Below, piece by piece: positions 55,817 to 64,000 of a stretch of 64,000 nucleotides of DNA (position 1 is the first letter of the stretch; the number at the start of each line of letters is the position of its first letter). The notes below the pieces were generated by a model. That model had not been told where the DNA came from, searched no databases, and saw only the letters and a program-made list of their open reading frames with translations. A program made the position numbers and the translations under genes. Where the stretch lies: NCBI GenBank assembly GCA_964600575.1, contig CAZRJH010000005.1, positions 8,040 through 72,039 of the forward strand. The letters run 5' to 3'. The stretch comes from an uncultured Gammaproteobacteria bacterium (GTDB lineage: Bacteria; Patescibacteriota; Microgenomatia; UBA8517).

Positions 55817-56338
55817 TTATTTAAAAATATCGGGTCTTTCGTCTAGAAATTTTTGAAACGGGTTCAGACTTTTATCTTTTCCTCCTGTAACTCTGCTCCA
55901 ATAAACTCCTGTAGACATTGCAAGCCAGATTGTGCTTCTTGCCGTTTTAATTTCGTCCAGATTTTTTGGAGTCTTTAGGCTACCCAGCTCAACCAAAGTT
56001 ATCGTCACATCATCACAAACCTTGGCAGCTTCCTGCATATTTCCTATTTGGTGCCCTAGTGCGGCAATCATTTCTATTAACCCGACTTGGTCCTCGGGAG
56101 TCATTCCCGGATGGAATATTTTTTTAAATCCCGCCTGGGTCCAGATGGGGTATATCCCTAAGTGAAAAAAATTGTCTCCAAAAAAATCTTCCAATTTGTG
56201 AATTTCTTTTTGAGATTCACCTATTAAGACATTAAAATTCAAAGGGTCAATCCTGGTCATTGGGTCCAAAAGTGCCTTAAGAAGGGGGCTTTTGTCCAAA
56301 ATAGCCTGCCTTTCTTTGTCGTTTAATTCATTTTCCAT
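55817..56338 (-). CDS. hypothetical protein
   Basis: 173-aa ORF, convergent with folD. Confidence 0.4.
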   Translation of the reverse strand: MENELNDKERQAILDKSPLLKALLDPMTRIDPLNFNVLIGESQKEIHKLEDFFGDNFFHLGIYPIWTQAGFKKIFHPGMTPEDQVGLIEMIAALGHQIGNMQEAAKVCDDVTITLVELGSLKTPKNLDEIKTARSTIWLAMSTGVYWSRVTGGKDKSLNPFQKFLDERPDIFK

Positions 56339-56390
56339 AGCCTATAATACACCAACTTTAAAATTAACTCAAATTTGGCCTGGTTCGCAA

Positions 56391-56419
56391 TTGCAAAGAG
56401 ATTTTTTACCTGTTAGAAT
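56391..56419 (+). promoter_or_regulatory. candidate sigma70-type promoter of the rpsB-tsf-frr operon
   Basis: TTGCAA, 17-nt spacer, TG-extended TAGAAT; about 45 nt upstream of a structured leader preceding rpsB. Confidence 0.4.
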
Positions 56420-56463
56420 ATCGACTACACACACCGGTCAGGTTTCCTGGAGTCTTCCGACTG

Positions 56464-57189
56464 GTGGCGGTACAAGGAAACCAAAATATATATCAAATGG
56501 CAAAAGTATCTCTAGATGACTTATTGAATGCGGGAGCGCATTTTGGACATCAGTCCAAAAGATGGAATCCCAAAATGGAAGATTTTCTCTACGGCGAAGA
56601 TTCCGGAGTCCATGTTTTTGATCTTACAAAAACCAAACCCATGTTGGAAGAGGCTTTGGAGTTCCTTACAAAAACAGTATCCGAAGGCAAAACCGTCCTT
56701 TTCTTGGGCACAAAAAAGCAGATTAAAGAGAAAGTAAAAGAAGTAGCGGAGGCTGTCGGTATGCCATATGTTAACGAACGCTGGCTAGGCGGAACCTTCT
56801 CCAATTTTGAGCAGATGAAGAGATCTCTCAAGAAGATGGAAGAGATGAAGGAAAATATGGCCACAGGCGGTTACAACAAGCACACCAAAAAAGAAAGACT
56901 TCTTATAGAACGCGAAATCGCCAGACTAGAAAGATTCTTTGGCGGAGTTAAGAATATTTCCGGAATTCCCGATGCACTATTTGTAATCGACACAAAGCGC
57001 GAACACGGTGCAGTTCGTGAAGCAAATAACAGAAAAGTACCCGTAGTCGGAATCGTAGACAGCAACGCCGATCCCGATATGGTTGATTATGTTATTCCTA
57101 TGAACGATGATGCAAGTAAAGCCTTAGAATATATATTAGAACTTGTTAAAGAGGCTATTTTGGAAGGTTCCAAAAAATCAAACAAATAA
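56464..57189 (+). CDS. rpsB: 30S ribosomal protein S2
   Basis: VSLDDLLNAGAHFGHQSKRWNPKM. Confidence 0.95.
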   Translation: MAVQGNQNIYQMAKVSLDDLLNAGAHFGHQSKRWNPKMEDFLYGEDSGVHVFDLTKTKPMLEEALEFLTKTVSEGKTVLFLGTKKQIKEKVKEVAEAVGMPYVNERWLGGTFSNFEQMKRSLKKMEEMKENMATGGYNKHTKKERLLIEREIARLERFFGGVKNISGIPDALFVIDTKREHGAVREANNRKVPVVGIVDSNADPDMVDYVIPMNDDASKALEYILELVKEAILEGSKKSNK

Positions 57190-57200
57190 AAGAAGACATA

Positions 57201-57653
57201 ATGGCAGGGATTGATATTAACTTACTAAAGAAACTCAGAGAAGAAAGCGGAGCACCTATTATTCGTGTTAAAAAAGTTTTGGAGGAGTTTAAAGGAGACG
57301 AAAAGAAGGCCTTGGAAGTCCTTAAAAAAGAAGGATTCGAGAAAGCCGAAAAAAGGACAGAAAGAGTTACGGGGCAGGGTAAAATCTTCACATACACTCA
57401 CCACACAGGCAAAATTGTAAGCTTGGTAGAACTCCTTTGCGAAACAGACTTTGTTGCTAAAAATGAGCTATTCGAGGAACTGGGTAAAAATGTAGCAATT
57501 CAGGTTGCTTCTATGGGTGATGTCAATTTGTTGGAACAGGATTTTATAAAAGATCCTTCCCAAAAAGTTTCCGACTTGGTTAAATCTGTTATTGCCAAAA
57601 CAGGAGAAAATGTTCGCATCGGCAGAGTTTATCGTGTAGAATTGGGTAAATAA
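57201..57653 (+). CDS. tsf: elongation factor Ts (short form)
   Basis: LLKKLREESGAPIIRVKKVL UBA-like N-terminus and dimerisation core. Confidence 0.85.
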   Translation: MAGIDINLLKKLREESGAPIIRVKKVLEEFKGDEKKALEVLKKEGFEKAEKRTERVTGQGKIFTYTHHTGKIVSLVELLCETDFVAKNELFEELGKNVAIQVASMGDVNLLEQDFIKDPSQKVSDLVKSVIAKTGENVRIGRVYRVELGK

Positions 57654-57656
57654 TTC

Positions 57657-58211
57657 ATGGACGAAGCTTCAGTAAAAAACAAAATGCAGTCTTCAGTTGA
57701 TTCTTTGGCCTCCGATATTGCCGGAATCCGCACGGGCCGCGCAACCCCCGCCCTTGTAGAAAATATAATTTGTCCCGCTTACGGCGGAACTCAAAGATTA
57801 AGAGTCATGGAAGTAGCCTCTATTACTTGTCCCGATCCAACCTCAATTGTAATTAGCCCTTGGGACAAATCCATTATCGGGGACATAAGAAAAGGCATAT
57901 TAGAAGCAAATGTGGGAATGAACCCTTCTATAGACGGAGCGATAATCAGGATTATTATGCCTCCTTTAACAACGGAAGATAGGGAAAAATATGTAAAACT
58001 TTTGTCCGCCAAGTTAGAGGTCGGCAGAGTAGCGGTTAGACAAGTTAGGGCAGATATTATGCATGACATAAAAGAAAAGTCGGAGAAAAAAGAAATTACA
58101 GAAGACGATAAGTTTGCCCAGGAAAAAAGAGTTCAGGAAATTACGGATGAATTTATCGGCAAAATAGATGAAATGGGTGAGAAAAAGAAGACAGAGCTTC
58201 TCCAAATTTAA
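57657..58211 (+). CDS. frr: ribosome recycling factor
   Basis: RRF pattern, including IRIIMPPLTTEDR. Confidence 0.9.
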   Translation: MDEASVKNKMQSSVDSLASDIAGIRTGRATPALVENIICPAYGGTQRLRVMEVASITCPDPTSIVISPWDKSIIGDIRKGILEANVGMNPSIDGAIIRIIMPPLTTEDREKYVKLLSAKLEVGRVAVRQVRADIMHDIKEKSEKKEITEDDKFAQEKRVQEITDEFIGKIDEMGEKKKTELLQI

Positions 58212-58256
58212 TACTTCTTGATATTCCTCTAACAAATGGTGTAGTGTTATTGTTGT

Positions 58257-59696
58257 ATGACAAGCTCCGACAGAGAACTAAGGACAATTTCTGGTCTAAG
58301 AGAAGATGGTTTTGGCGGCATGAATAGGATGCCCGACCCCGAAAAAGATGACGAAAAGCTTCAAAACGGTGAGACTCCTTATGCCAGAGGCAAAGATTGG
58401 AAGCTTCAATATGAAGGTAAAAAGGGAGCAGTCGAAGTTCTTAACGAAATTGACGATGTTTTTGACAACCCCGGTAGCGTTGACCCACTATACATAATAG
58501 AACTAGATGAATTCTTAAAGGAGAGGTTTGGAGAAGGTATCAGTTACGAAAACGGTATGGATGTTCCGGGCATAGACAGAGAAGAGCTTAAGTCTATGTA
58601 TGCGGAATGGCGAATGAAAGACGACGAATCAGACAGAGACGATAGTCGAGAAGAGAAAACAGATAAGTCGAAGCGAACCGAAAGACACTTTAAACCTGGT
58701 GGGGTTCCTATCGATTTATCAACCCAAGCGGCTCAGCATGATACGGCTGTTTCTTTGGCATTTGAGGACTTAGATCCTGTTTGGGGAGATGAAAAGACAG
58801 TTGCACACTATATATTTGGCGAAAAAGGTAAACCCGATGTTATCGCCTTCACCAATTCTGAACTTGTAGGAACTCGCAAAGGGGGTGCCGTAGCAATTGA
58901 AGTTTCAAAGTTTAATGAGGTTTTGGAGGCTTCTGATATTAAAATGCGTTTGAGAAGGCCAAAGCACGGAGATCCGACAAATGTGCAAAAAGTTTTATCC
59001 AATCTTAGGCTTGGCAAGAAAGGTTCCAGATACGGCGGTGAAAAGACTAGAATTATCTACCCTGAAAAACCCAAGGAAGACAAGAAAAAACCAGAAGCTA
59101 CTAAAACAAAAGTTGAAGCACTACAGCCTATGGAAGGCAAATTTAACATTTACATAAACGGTAAAGAATTAGATAGACTTACCAAAGATGTCCATGGCCC
59201 CGGAGCAGACGAAGCTCAGAAAAATAGAGATAGTGTTAATGATTTTGCTTATTATCTAAGTAGTGAGCAAGAAAATGTGGAGTCATTAATGTTTCTAACC
59301 GATTCTGTAGACGGCAGTGAACCCACCAAGATTAAGGCAGTAGTTCTTCAGGTTCTGGATATTCCAAAAGGTGGAACAAGGGAAGATGCCGAGAGAAAGT
59401 CGATTGTTATTCCAATTCATATATTCAACAGAGTCTTTAATAGCACCGAGCCTTATCATAAGTTTAATAAGCAAGAAAACGAAGTCGTTGGTGTGAAGTT
59501 CAGGACAAAACTTGGCAGTGGAGGTGGTTGGGAAGGTTTCATTCATCCCAAAACAAACGATGAAAACTTACAAAAGGTTATCGACAAAATGAGGTTTGAA
59601 GGAAAATCGCTTAGCTCAGATATCAAAGTTAGTATAGGACCTAGAAAAGAATACTCTCCTCAGGTTGCCGAGACTCCTGTGGCCGAGGCAGCTTAA
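58257..59696 (+). CDS. hypothetical acidic protein (479 aa)
   Basis: Long ORF between frr and rseP, Asp/Glu/Lys-rich; no motif recognised. Confidence 0.5.
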   Translation: MTSSDRELRTISGLREDGFGGMNRMPDPEKDDEKLQNGETPYARGKDWKLQYEGKKGAVEVLNEIDDVFDNPGSVDPLYIIELDEFLKERFGEGISYENGMDVPGIDREELKSMYAEWRMKDDESDRDDSREEKTDKSKRTERHFKPGGVPIDLSTQAAQHDTAVSLAFEDLDPVWGDEKTVAHYIFGEKGKPDVIAFTNSELVGTRKGGAVAIEVSKFNEVLEASDIKMRLRRPKHGDPTNVQKVLSNLRLGKKGSRYGGEKTRIIYPEKPKEDKKKPEATKTKVEALQPMEGKFNIYINGKELDRLTKDVHGPGADEAQKNRDSVNDFAYYLSSEQENVESLMFLTDSVDGSEPTKIKAVVLQVLDIPKGGTREDAERKSIVIPIHIFNRVFNSTEPYHKFNKQENEVVGVKFRTKLGSGGGWEGFIHPKTNDENLQKVIDKMRFEGKSLSSDIKVSIGPRKEYSPQVAETPVAEAA

Positions 59697-59735
59697 CTGG
59701 TTCCAAATTGCTAACAATCTCTATATACTTTTAGT

Positions 59736-60836
59736 ATGCTTGTTTCGATTTTAATATTTATTCTAGTTCTCTCCATTTTGGTATTGGTTCACGAACTGGG
59801 GCATTACATAATGGCAAAACGGGCAGGTGTTTGGGTGGAGGAGTTTGGTTTTGGCCTTCCCCCCAGAATTTTTGGTAAAAAAATAGGTGAAACAATATTT
59901 TCTCTAAATGCGTTGCCCTTCGGCGGTTTTGTAAAACTTCACGGTGAAAGTACAGAGGATGGGGTAAGCGATCCCAAGCGCGCATTTTTAAATAAATCCA
60001 AAAGGCAAAGAATAGGAATAGTAATCGCGGGAGTTGTTATGAACTTTTTGTTGGCAATTTTTGCTTTTATGATTGTTTATTCGTTTTCGGGTATTCCCAG
60101 AGACACAGGGCATCTTAAAGTTATGGATATAGCGGCCGATTCTCCCGCACAAAAAGCAGGGATTGTTGTAGGGGATGAGATTACTAAAGTGGGAAAAGAT
60201 AGCATTTCAACATCCGACGGTTTTATATCAAAAGTAGGCTTGGTCAAAGGTAGAAACACACCTTTCGAAATAAAAAGAGGAGATAGTGTAATTAAAGTTC
60301 AAATGACTCCGAGAGAAACTCCTCCTCAAGGACAAGGCCCATTAGGTGTTACCGTCTCTACTGTAGAAATATATTTCCCGCCCGTTTGGCAAAGGCCGTT
60401 TTACGGGATTTATTACGGTTTTAAAGAAGCTATTTTTTGGGGTAAAACGATCGGTCTTGGGCTTTGGGATCTGGCTACAAACATATTCAATGGTAAAGCC
60501 GGTGAACAAGTTGCAGGGCCCGTCGGGATATTTGCCGTAACGACCGAAGCGGCAAAGAGCGGGGTTCTAACACTTATAAACTTTGTCGGAATACTTTCTG
60601 TTAACCTTGCGGTTTTGAATATTCTTCCTTTTCCGGCCTTGGACGGGGGAAGACTTTTGTTTATAGGAATAGAGGCCTTAATAGGTAAAAAAGTTTTGCC
60701 CAAAGTTGAATCTGCAATCCACACAGCTGGAATGATCCTACTTTTACTTTTGTTTTTAGCTATAACAATTGGCGATGTTAAAAAGCTTATCATGGCGGGC
60801 GGGGTGGAAGGGTTTATAAAAACCATGATTAAGTAA
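59736..60836 (+). CDS. rseP: RIP metalloprotease RseP (M50 with PDZ)
   Basis: HELGHYIMAK in TM1, PDZ-like middle region, C-terminal LDGG motif. Confidence 0.85.
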   Translation: MLVSILIFILVLSILVLVHELGHYIMAKRAGVWVEEFGFGLPPRIFGKKIGETIFSLNALPFGGFVKLHGESTEDGVSDPKRAFLNKSKRQRIGIVIAGVVMNFLLAIFAFMIVYSFSGIPRDTGHLKVMDIAADSPAQKAGIVVGDEITKVGKDSISTSDGFISKVGLVKGRNTPFEIKRGDSVIKVQMTPRETPPQGQGPLGVTVSTVEIYFPPVWQRPFYGIYYGFKEAIFWGKTIGLGLWDLATNIFNGKAGEQVAGPVGIFAVTTEAAKSGVLTLINFVGILSVNLAVLNILPFPALDGGRLLFIGIEALIGKKVLPKVESAIHTAGMILLLLLFLAITIGDVKKLIMAGGVEGFIKTMIK

Positions 60837-60849
60837 TTTGACAGAAAAC

Positions 60850-61031
60850 ATAGCATTGATATAATGAGCTTTGCAGGCAAAGAAGGAGCCCCACTCCGGA
60901 GCCTTAGGACAACCTTTTTGATAGGCCCAAAGCAACAAAGGCCAAAAAGAGTATAAATTAAGGTGGTACCACGGTTCGGCTAGCTCACCGCAAGCTTCAC
61001 CCGTCCTTAGAAGGAGCGGGTTTTTTGTTTT
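60850..61031 (+). promoter_or_regulatory. T-box riboswitch leader with intrinsic terminator upstream of proS
   Basis: Conserved T-box sequence AAATTAAGGTGGTACCACGG at about 60955..60974. Overlapping terminator hairpin cccgtcctt/aaggagcggg followed by TTTTTTGTTTT, directly before the proS start. Confidence 0.6.
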
Positions 61032-61041
61032 AAAAAACTAT

Positions 61042-62271
61042 ATGAAATTTTCTGAAACATTTGTAAAAACTCTTAAAGAAGCGCCAAAAGACGCCGAAAC
61101 AGTTAATCACAAACTTCTTGTGAGGGGTGCTTATGTAAGACAACTTATGGCGGGTGTTTATACATACCTTCCGTTGGGTTTAAGGGTTCTTAACAAAATC
61201 TCTCAGATTGTACGCGAAGAAATGAACAGTGTGGGCGGACGCGAAGTTCTAATGCCTTTAATGCACCCGGCCGCAAATTGGAAACAAACTGGGGGTTGGG
61301 ACAATATAGATGTTTTGTTTAAAGTTAAAAGCAGAACTAAAAAAGATTACGCTTTAGCGCAAAGTCACGAAGAGGTTGTTACTCCGTTGGCCAGGGAGTT
61401 TGTTCATACCCACAAAGATCTTCCTTTGGCAATTTATCATATTCAGTGGAAGTTTAGAGACGAGCTAAGGAGTAAATCCGGAATCCTAAGAGGACGAGAG
61501 TTTTTAATGAAAGACCTTTACAGCTGGCACCTAAATCAGGCCGATTTCGAAGATTATTATAAAAGAGTTAAGGAGGCTTACTTGCGTGTTTTCAAAAGAT
61601 TGGGTTTAACTGCTAAAGTAACGGAAGCTTCCGGGGGTGCCTTTTCGGAGAAGATTTCTTACGAGTTTGAAGTCCTAACAAATGCAGGTGAGGCAAATAT
61701 TCTTTACTGTAGTGAATGTGATTACTGTGTGAATGTTGACGATATAGATAAATACTCGGAGGGGGATTCCTGTCCGGGATGCGCTAAATCTAATCTCAAA
61801 TCAGCAAAAGCTGCCGAAGTCGGAAATGTTTTTGATTTAGGACAAAAATACACAAAAGCCTTTAACTTTTTAGTGACAAACGAAAAAGGAGAGAATGTTT
61901 ATCCGATAATGGGTTGCTACGGAATCGGAATAAGTAGAACAATGGGAGTTTTAGTAGAAGAGTTTAATGACGAAAAAGGAATTGTTTGGCCAAAATCTAT
62001 TGCTCCTTACGATGTTTATTTAATAGATCTTCCCGGTGCAAAAGAACCGGCAAAACTTTACGATTCATTACAAAAGGCAGGGGCAGATGTGTTGTGGGAC
62101 GATAGAGACATTACGGCGGGTGCCAAATTCGGAGACGCAGATCTTTTGGGAATCCCTGTACGACTTGTTGTCTCGGGCAAAACAGGGGATATGGTTGAGT
62201 GGAAAGATAGAACTTCTGACAAAACCGAATTAATTAGTATAGAAGAGGTTGTTAATCGCCTGAGCAAATAA
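61042..62271 (+). CDS. proS: prolyl-tRNA synthetase (short bacterial-type without INS editing domain, with a Cys4 insertion)
   Basis: Class II motifs (FRDE...RGREF, GCYGIGISR); Cys cluster CSECDYC...CPGC. Confidence 0.9.
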   Translation: MKFSETFVKTLKEAPKDAETVNHKLLVRGAYVRQLMAGVYTYLPLGLRVLNKISQIVREEMNSVGGREVLMPLMHPAANWKQTGGWDNIDVLFKVKSRTKKDYALAQSHEEVVTPLAREFVHTHKDLPLAIYHIQWKFRDELRSKSGILRGREFLMKDLYSWHLNQADFEDYYKRVKEAYLRVFKRLGLTAKVTEASGGAFSEKISYEFEVLTNAGEANILYCSECDYCVNVDDIDKYSEGDSCPGCAKSNLKSAKAAEVGNVFDLGQKYTKAFNFLVTNEKGENVYPIMGCYGIGISRTMGVLVEEFNDEKGIVWPKSIAPYDVYLIDLPGAKEPAKLYDSLQKAGADVLWDDRDITAGAKFGDADLLGIPVRLVVSGKTGDMVEWKDRTSDKTELISIEEVVNRLSK

Positions 62272-62307
62272 AATACCCGATAGTATTAAATAAATTCACA
62301 AAATAGG

Positions 62308-64000
62308 CTATTTCACGGTTACAGATTTTGCCAAATTTCTTGGTTTGTCGGGATCCAATTTTTTAAGCATAGTAAGATAATAGGCAACGAGTTGACCCGC
62401 AATTATATTGGGAATTACGGTTGCTTCTTGGCAATCTTCAATCTTTATAAACTCATCAAAGACTTTGTTGTTTTGATCAGAAATGCCTATTAAATATCCG
62501 CCGCGGGCTTTTATTTCGTGGGCGGCATTTAACATATCAGGTTTTGTTTCGTCGTTTGGGATAAGCAATACTACAGGGATTCCATTTTCTATTAGCGCTA
62601 AAGCTCCGTGTTTAAGTTCGCCGCCTGCAAAAGCCTCTGCATGAACATAACTTATCTCTTTTATTTTAAGTGCAATTTCTAGTGCGGCGGGATAATTTAT
62701 CCCTCTCCCGATAATATAAATATCTTTTGATTTTAGTAACTTTTTGGCCGCTTGTTTTGGACTATCCGAAAGTATCAGTTTGCGTGCGCTATCTGCAGCT
62801 TTAAGCAAATTACTTTTTGAATGTTTAAGCTTTGAAAGTTTAAGTAGATGCGCAATCATTCCGGTTAAGGCTTTTGTAGAGGCAACTGCTTTTTCCCTCC
62901 CGGCACCGATAAGTATATTTTTATCCGAAAGTCTAAAAAGTGAAGTTTGTGGAACATTTATTAAAGCATTAATTTTTGTCTTTTTGTTTTTACAAATTTT
63001 TACAACTTCCAAAAGATCCATTGTTTCCCCTGATTGTGAAATCGCAAGGATGTTCGTGTTTTGATCGACTAAGTTTGTTTGATAGACAAACTCACTTGCA
63101 GAAACTGCTTCGGTATTGACCCCTGCTTTTGCAAAGAAGTATTTTCCGACGGTAGCAGCAAAGAATGCTGAGCCGCAGCCGACCAAATAATTTTTATTAA
63201 CTCCAAAGTCGACTTTGGTGGTAGGCATATTTGCAATATCTGCAAGCATTTTTGGTTGTTCGTTAATTTCCTTTAGCATAAAGTTGGAAAATCCGGCCAT
63301 TCCTTCTACTCCTTCGTCTTTTGCAATATTTACAATCTTGGGTTTAATTATTTTTCCGTTTTTGGTATTCACTATTTTTATTTCTTGGTTTGTTATTACT
63401 GCCGCTTCGTTATCTTCGAGAAAATAAACCTTATTTGTATGTTCTGCCAGTGCCAGAGAATCACTTGCAAGAAAATTTTCGTTTTTTCCAAAACCGACAA
63501 CGAGGGGGGACCCGACTTTAGCTGCGATTATTTTATCGGCTTCGTGGTTTACGGCAACAACCGCATTCATCCCGTTAACTTGGGAGAAAAGTTTAAAGAA
63601 TCCCTGTTCAAAACCCAGATCGTCTGAATATTCTTCCAAAAGATGAGACATTACCTCTGTATCGGTCTCAGACAAAAATTCATGCCCCTGTTTGATAAGA
63701 GTTTCTTTGTAGGGGGAAAAATTTTCGAATATACCGTTATGGATTAGTGCTAATTTAGAATTACAGTCGGGGTGGGGGTGGGCATTGGCATCGGTTACGC
63801 CTCCGTGTGTTGCCCAACGCGTATGAGCAATGGCTATATTGGATTTTGTTTTAGGAGTTTTTGCATTACCTATCTTGCCTGTTTTTTTGGAAATTGTTAG
63901 AAAGTCTTTATTCGCAAAAGCATAACCCCAGCTATCGTAGCCGCGGTATTCAAGGTCTTTTATTCCGTTGAAAACAATTTCGGGCGCGTTTGAGCTCCTG
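62308..64000 (-). CDS. glmS: glutamine--fructose-6-phosphate aminotransferase (3-prime majority; N-terminus lies beyond the window end)
   Basis: Frame stays open from 63675 to position 64000 with no stop, translating ...LEYRGYDSWGYAF...HTRWATHG...NAHPH...HNGIFEN...SETDTEV (GATase-II domain). Two SIS domains follow. The ORF-track start at 63675 is a TTG inside the gene. Confidence 0.9.
   Translation of the reverse strand, partial: RSSNAPEIVFNGIKDLEYRGYDSWGYAFANKDFLTISKKTGKIGNAKTPKTKSNIAIAHTRWATHGGVTDANAHPHPDCNSKLALIHNGIFENFSPYKETLIKQGHEFLSETDTEVMSHLLEEYSDDLGFEQGFFKLFSQVNGMNAVVAVNHEADKIIAAKVGSPLVVGFGKNENFLASDSLALAEHTNKVYFLEDNEAAVITNQEIKIVNTKNGKIIKPKIVNIAKDEGVEGMAGFSNFMLKEINEQPKMLADIANMPTTKVDFGVNKNYLVGCGSAFFAATVGKYFFAKAGVNTEAVSASEFVYQTNLVDQNTNILAISQSGETMDLLEVVKICKNKKTKINALINVPQTSLFRLSDKNILIGAGREKAVASTKALTGMIAHLLKLSKLKHSKSNLLKAADSARKLILSDSPKQAAKKLLKSKDIYIIGRGINYPAALEIALKIKEISYVHAEAFAGGELKHGALALIENGIPVVLLIPNDETKPDMLNAAHEIKARGGYLIGISDQNNKVFDEFIKIEDCQEATVIPNIIAGQLVAYYLTMLKKLDPDKPRNLAKSVTVK

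Noticed and set aside
62308-63675. glmS reported as a 455-aa ORF starting at 63675
   Set aside because: The codon at 63673..63675 is an internal TTG. The frame stays open to position 64000, still encoding GlmS glutaminase-domain motifs, so the gene is truncated by the window, not by a start codon.
1-64000. CRISPR arrays, integrase/transposase/recombinase genes, restriction-modification or toxin-antitoxin pairs
   Set aside because: I scanned for short regularly spaced direct repeats and for integrase/transposase catalytic motifs (DDE, tyrosine-recombinase R..H..R..Y boxes) in the six-frame track. None were present; the GC-rich island has no mobility gene.

Overview
This 64-kb window (roughly 42% GC by eye) is a gene-dense bacterial chromosome segment. 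Inference from the sequence: the gene content looks like a reduced, CPR/Patescibacteria-like genome. Signs of this are many small proteins, three O-antigen-ligase-like membrane paralogs, no pyrH between tsf and frr, and no mreCD after mreB. It also has a short topA and a short proS that lacks an editing domain. All of this is inferred from gene content; no search was run.

The left half carries an ancestral minus-strand syntenic string: tRNA-Tyr/tRNA-Thr, then tRNA-Thr, rpmG, tRNA-Trp, then secE-nusG-rplK-rplA-rplJ-rplL. The order and orientation are conserved, but about 30 kb of accessory DNA has been inserted in pieces. The accessory DNA includes: (a) a candidate cohesin-like membrane anchor next to a dockerin-bearing beta-helix protein, inferred from motifs only; (b) a high-GC island near 16.8-19.2 kb, with different codon usage, holding two tandem paralogous Cys-motif proteins; (c) a Cys/His-rich micro-protein at 15.1-15.4 kb; (d) a 20-bp direct repeat of the tRNA-Trp 3-prime end (att-like scar); and (e) many orphan ORFs, including a 905-aa protein.

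The right half (44-64 kb, mostly plus strand) is housekeeping. It holds mreB-PBP2, dprA, topA, and a coherent dTMP/one-carbon module (thyX-tdk-dNK-tmk-glyA-folD). It also holds rpsB-tsf-frr, rseP, a T-box riboswitch leader ahead of proS, and glmS, which runs off the window edge. No CRISPR array, integrase or transposase was seen.
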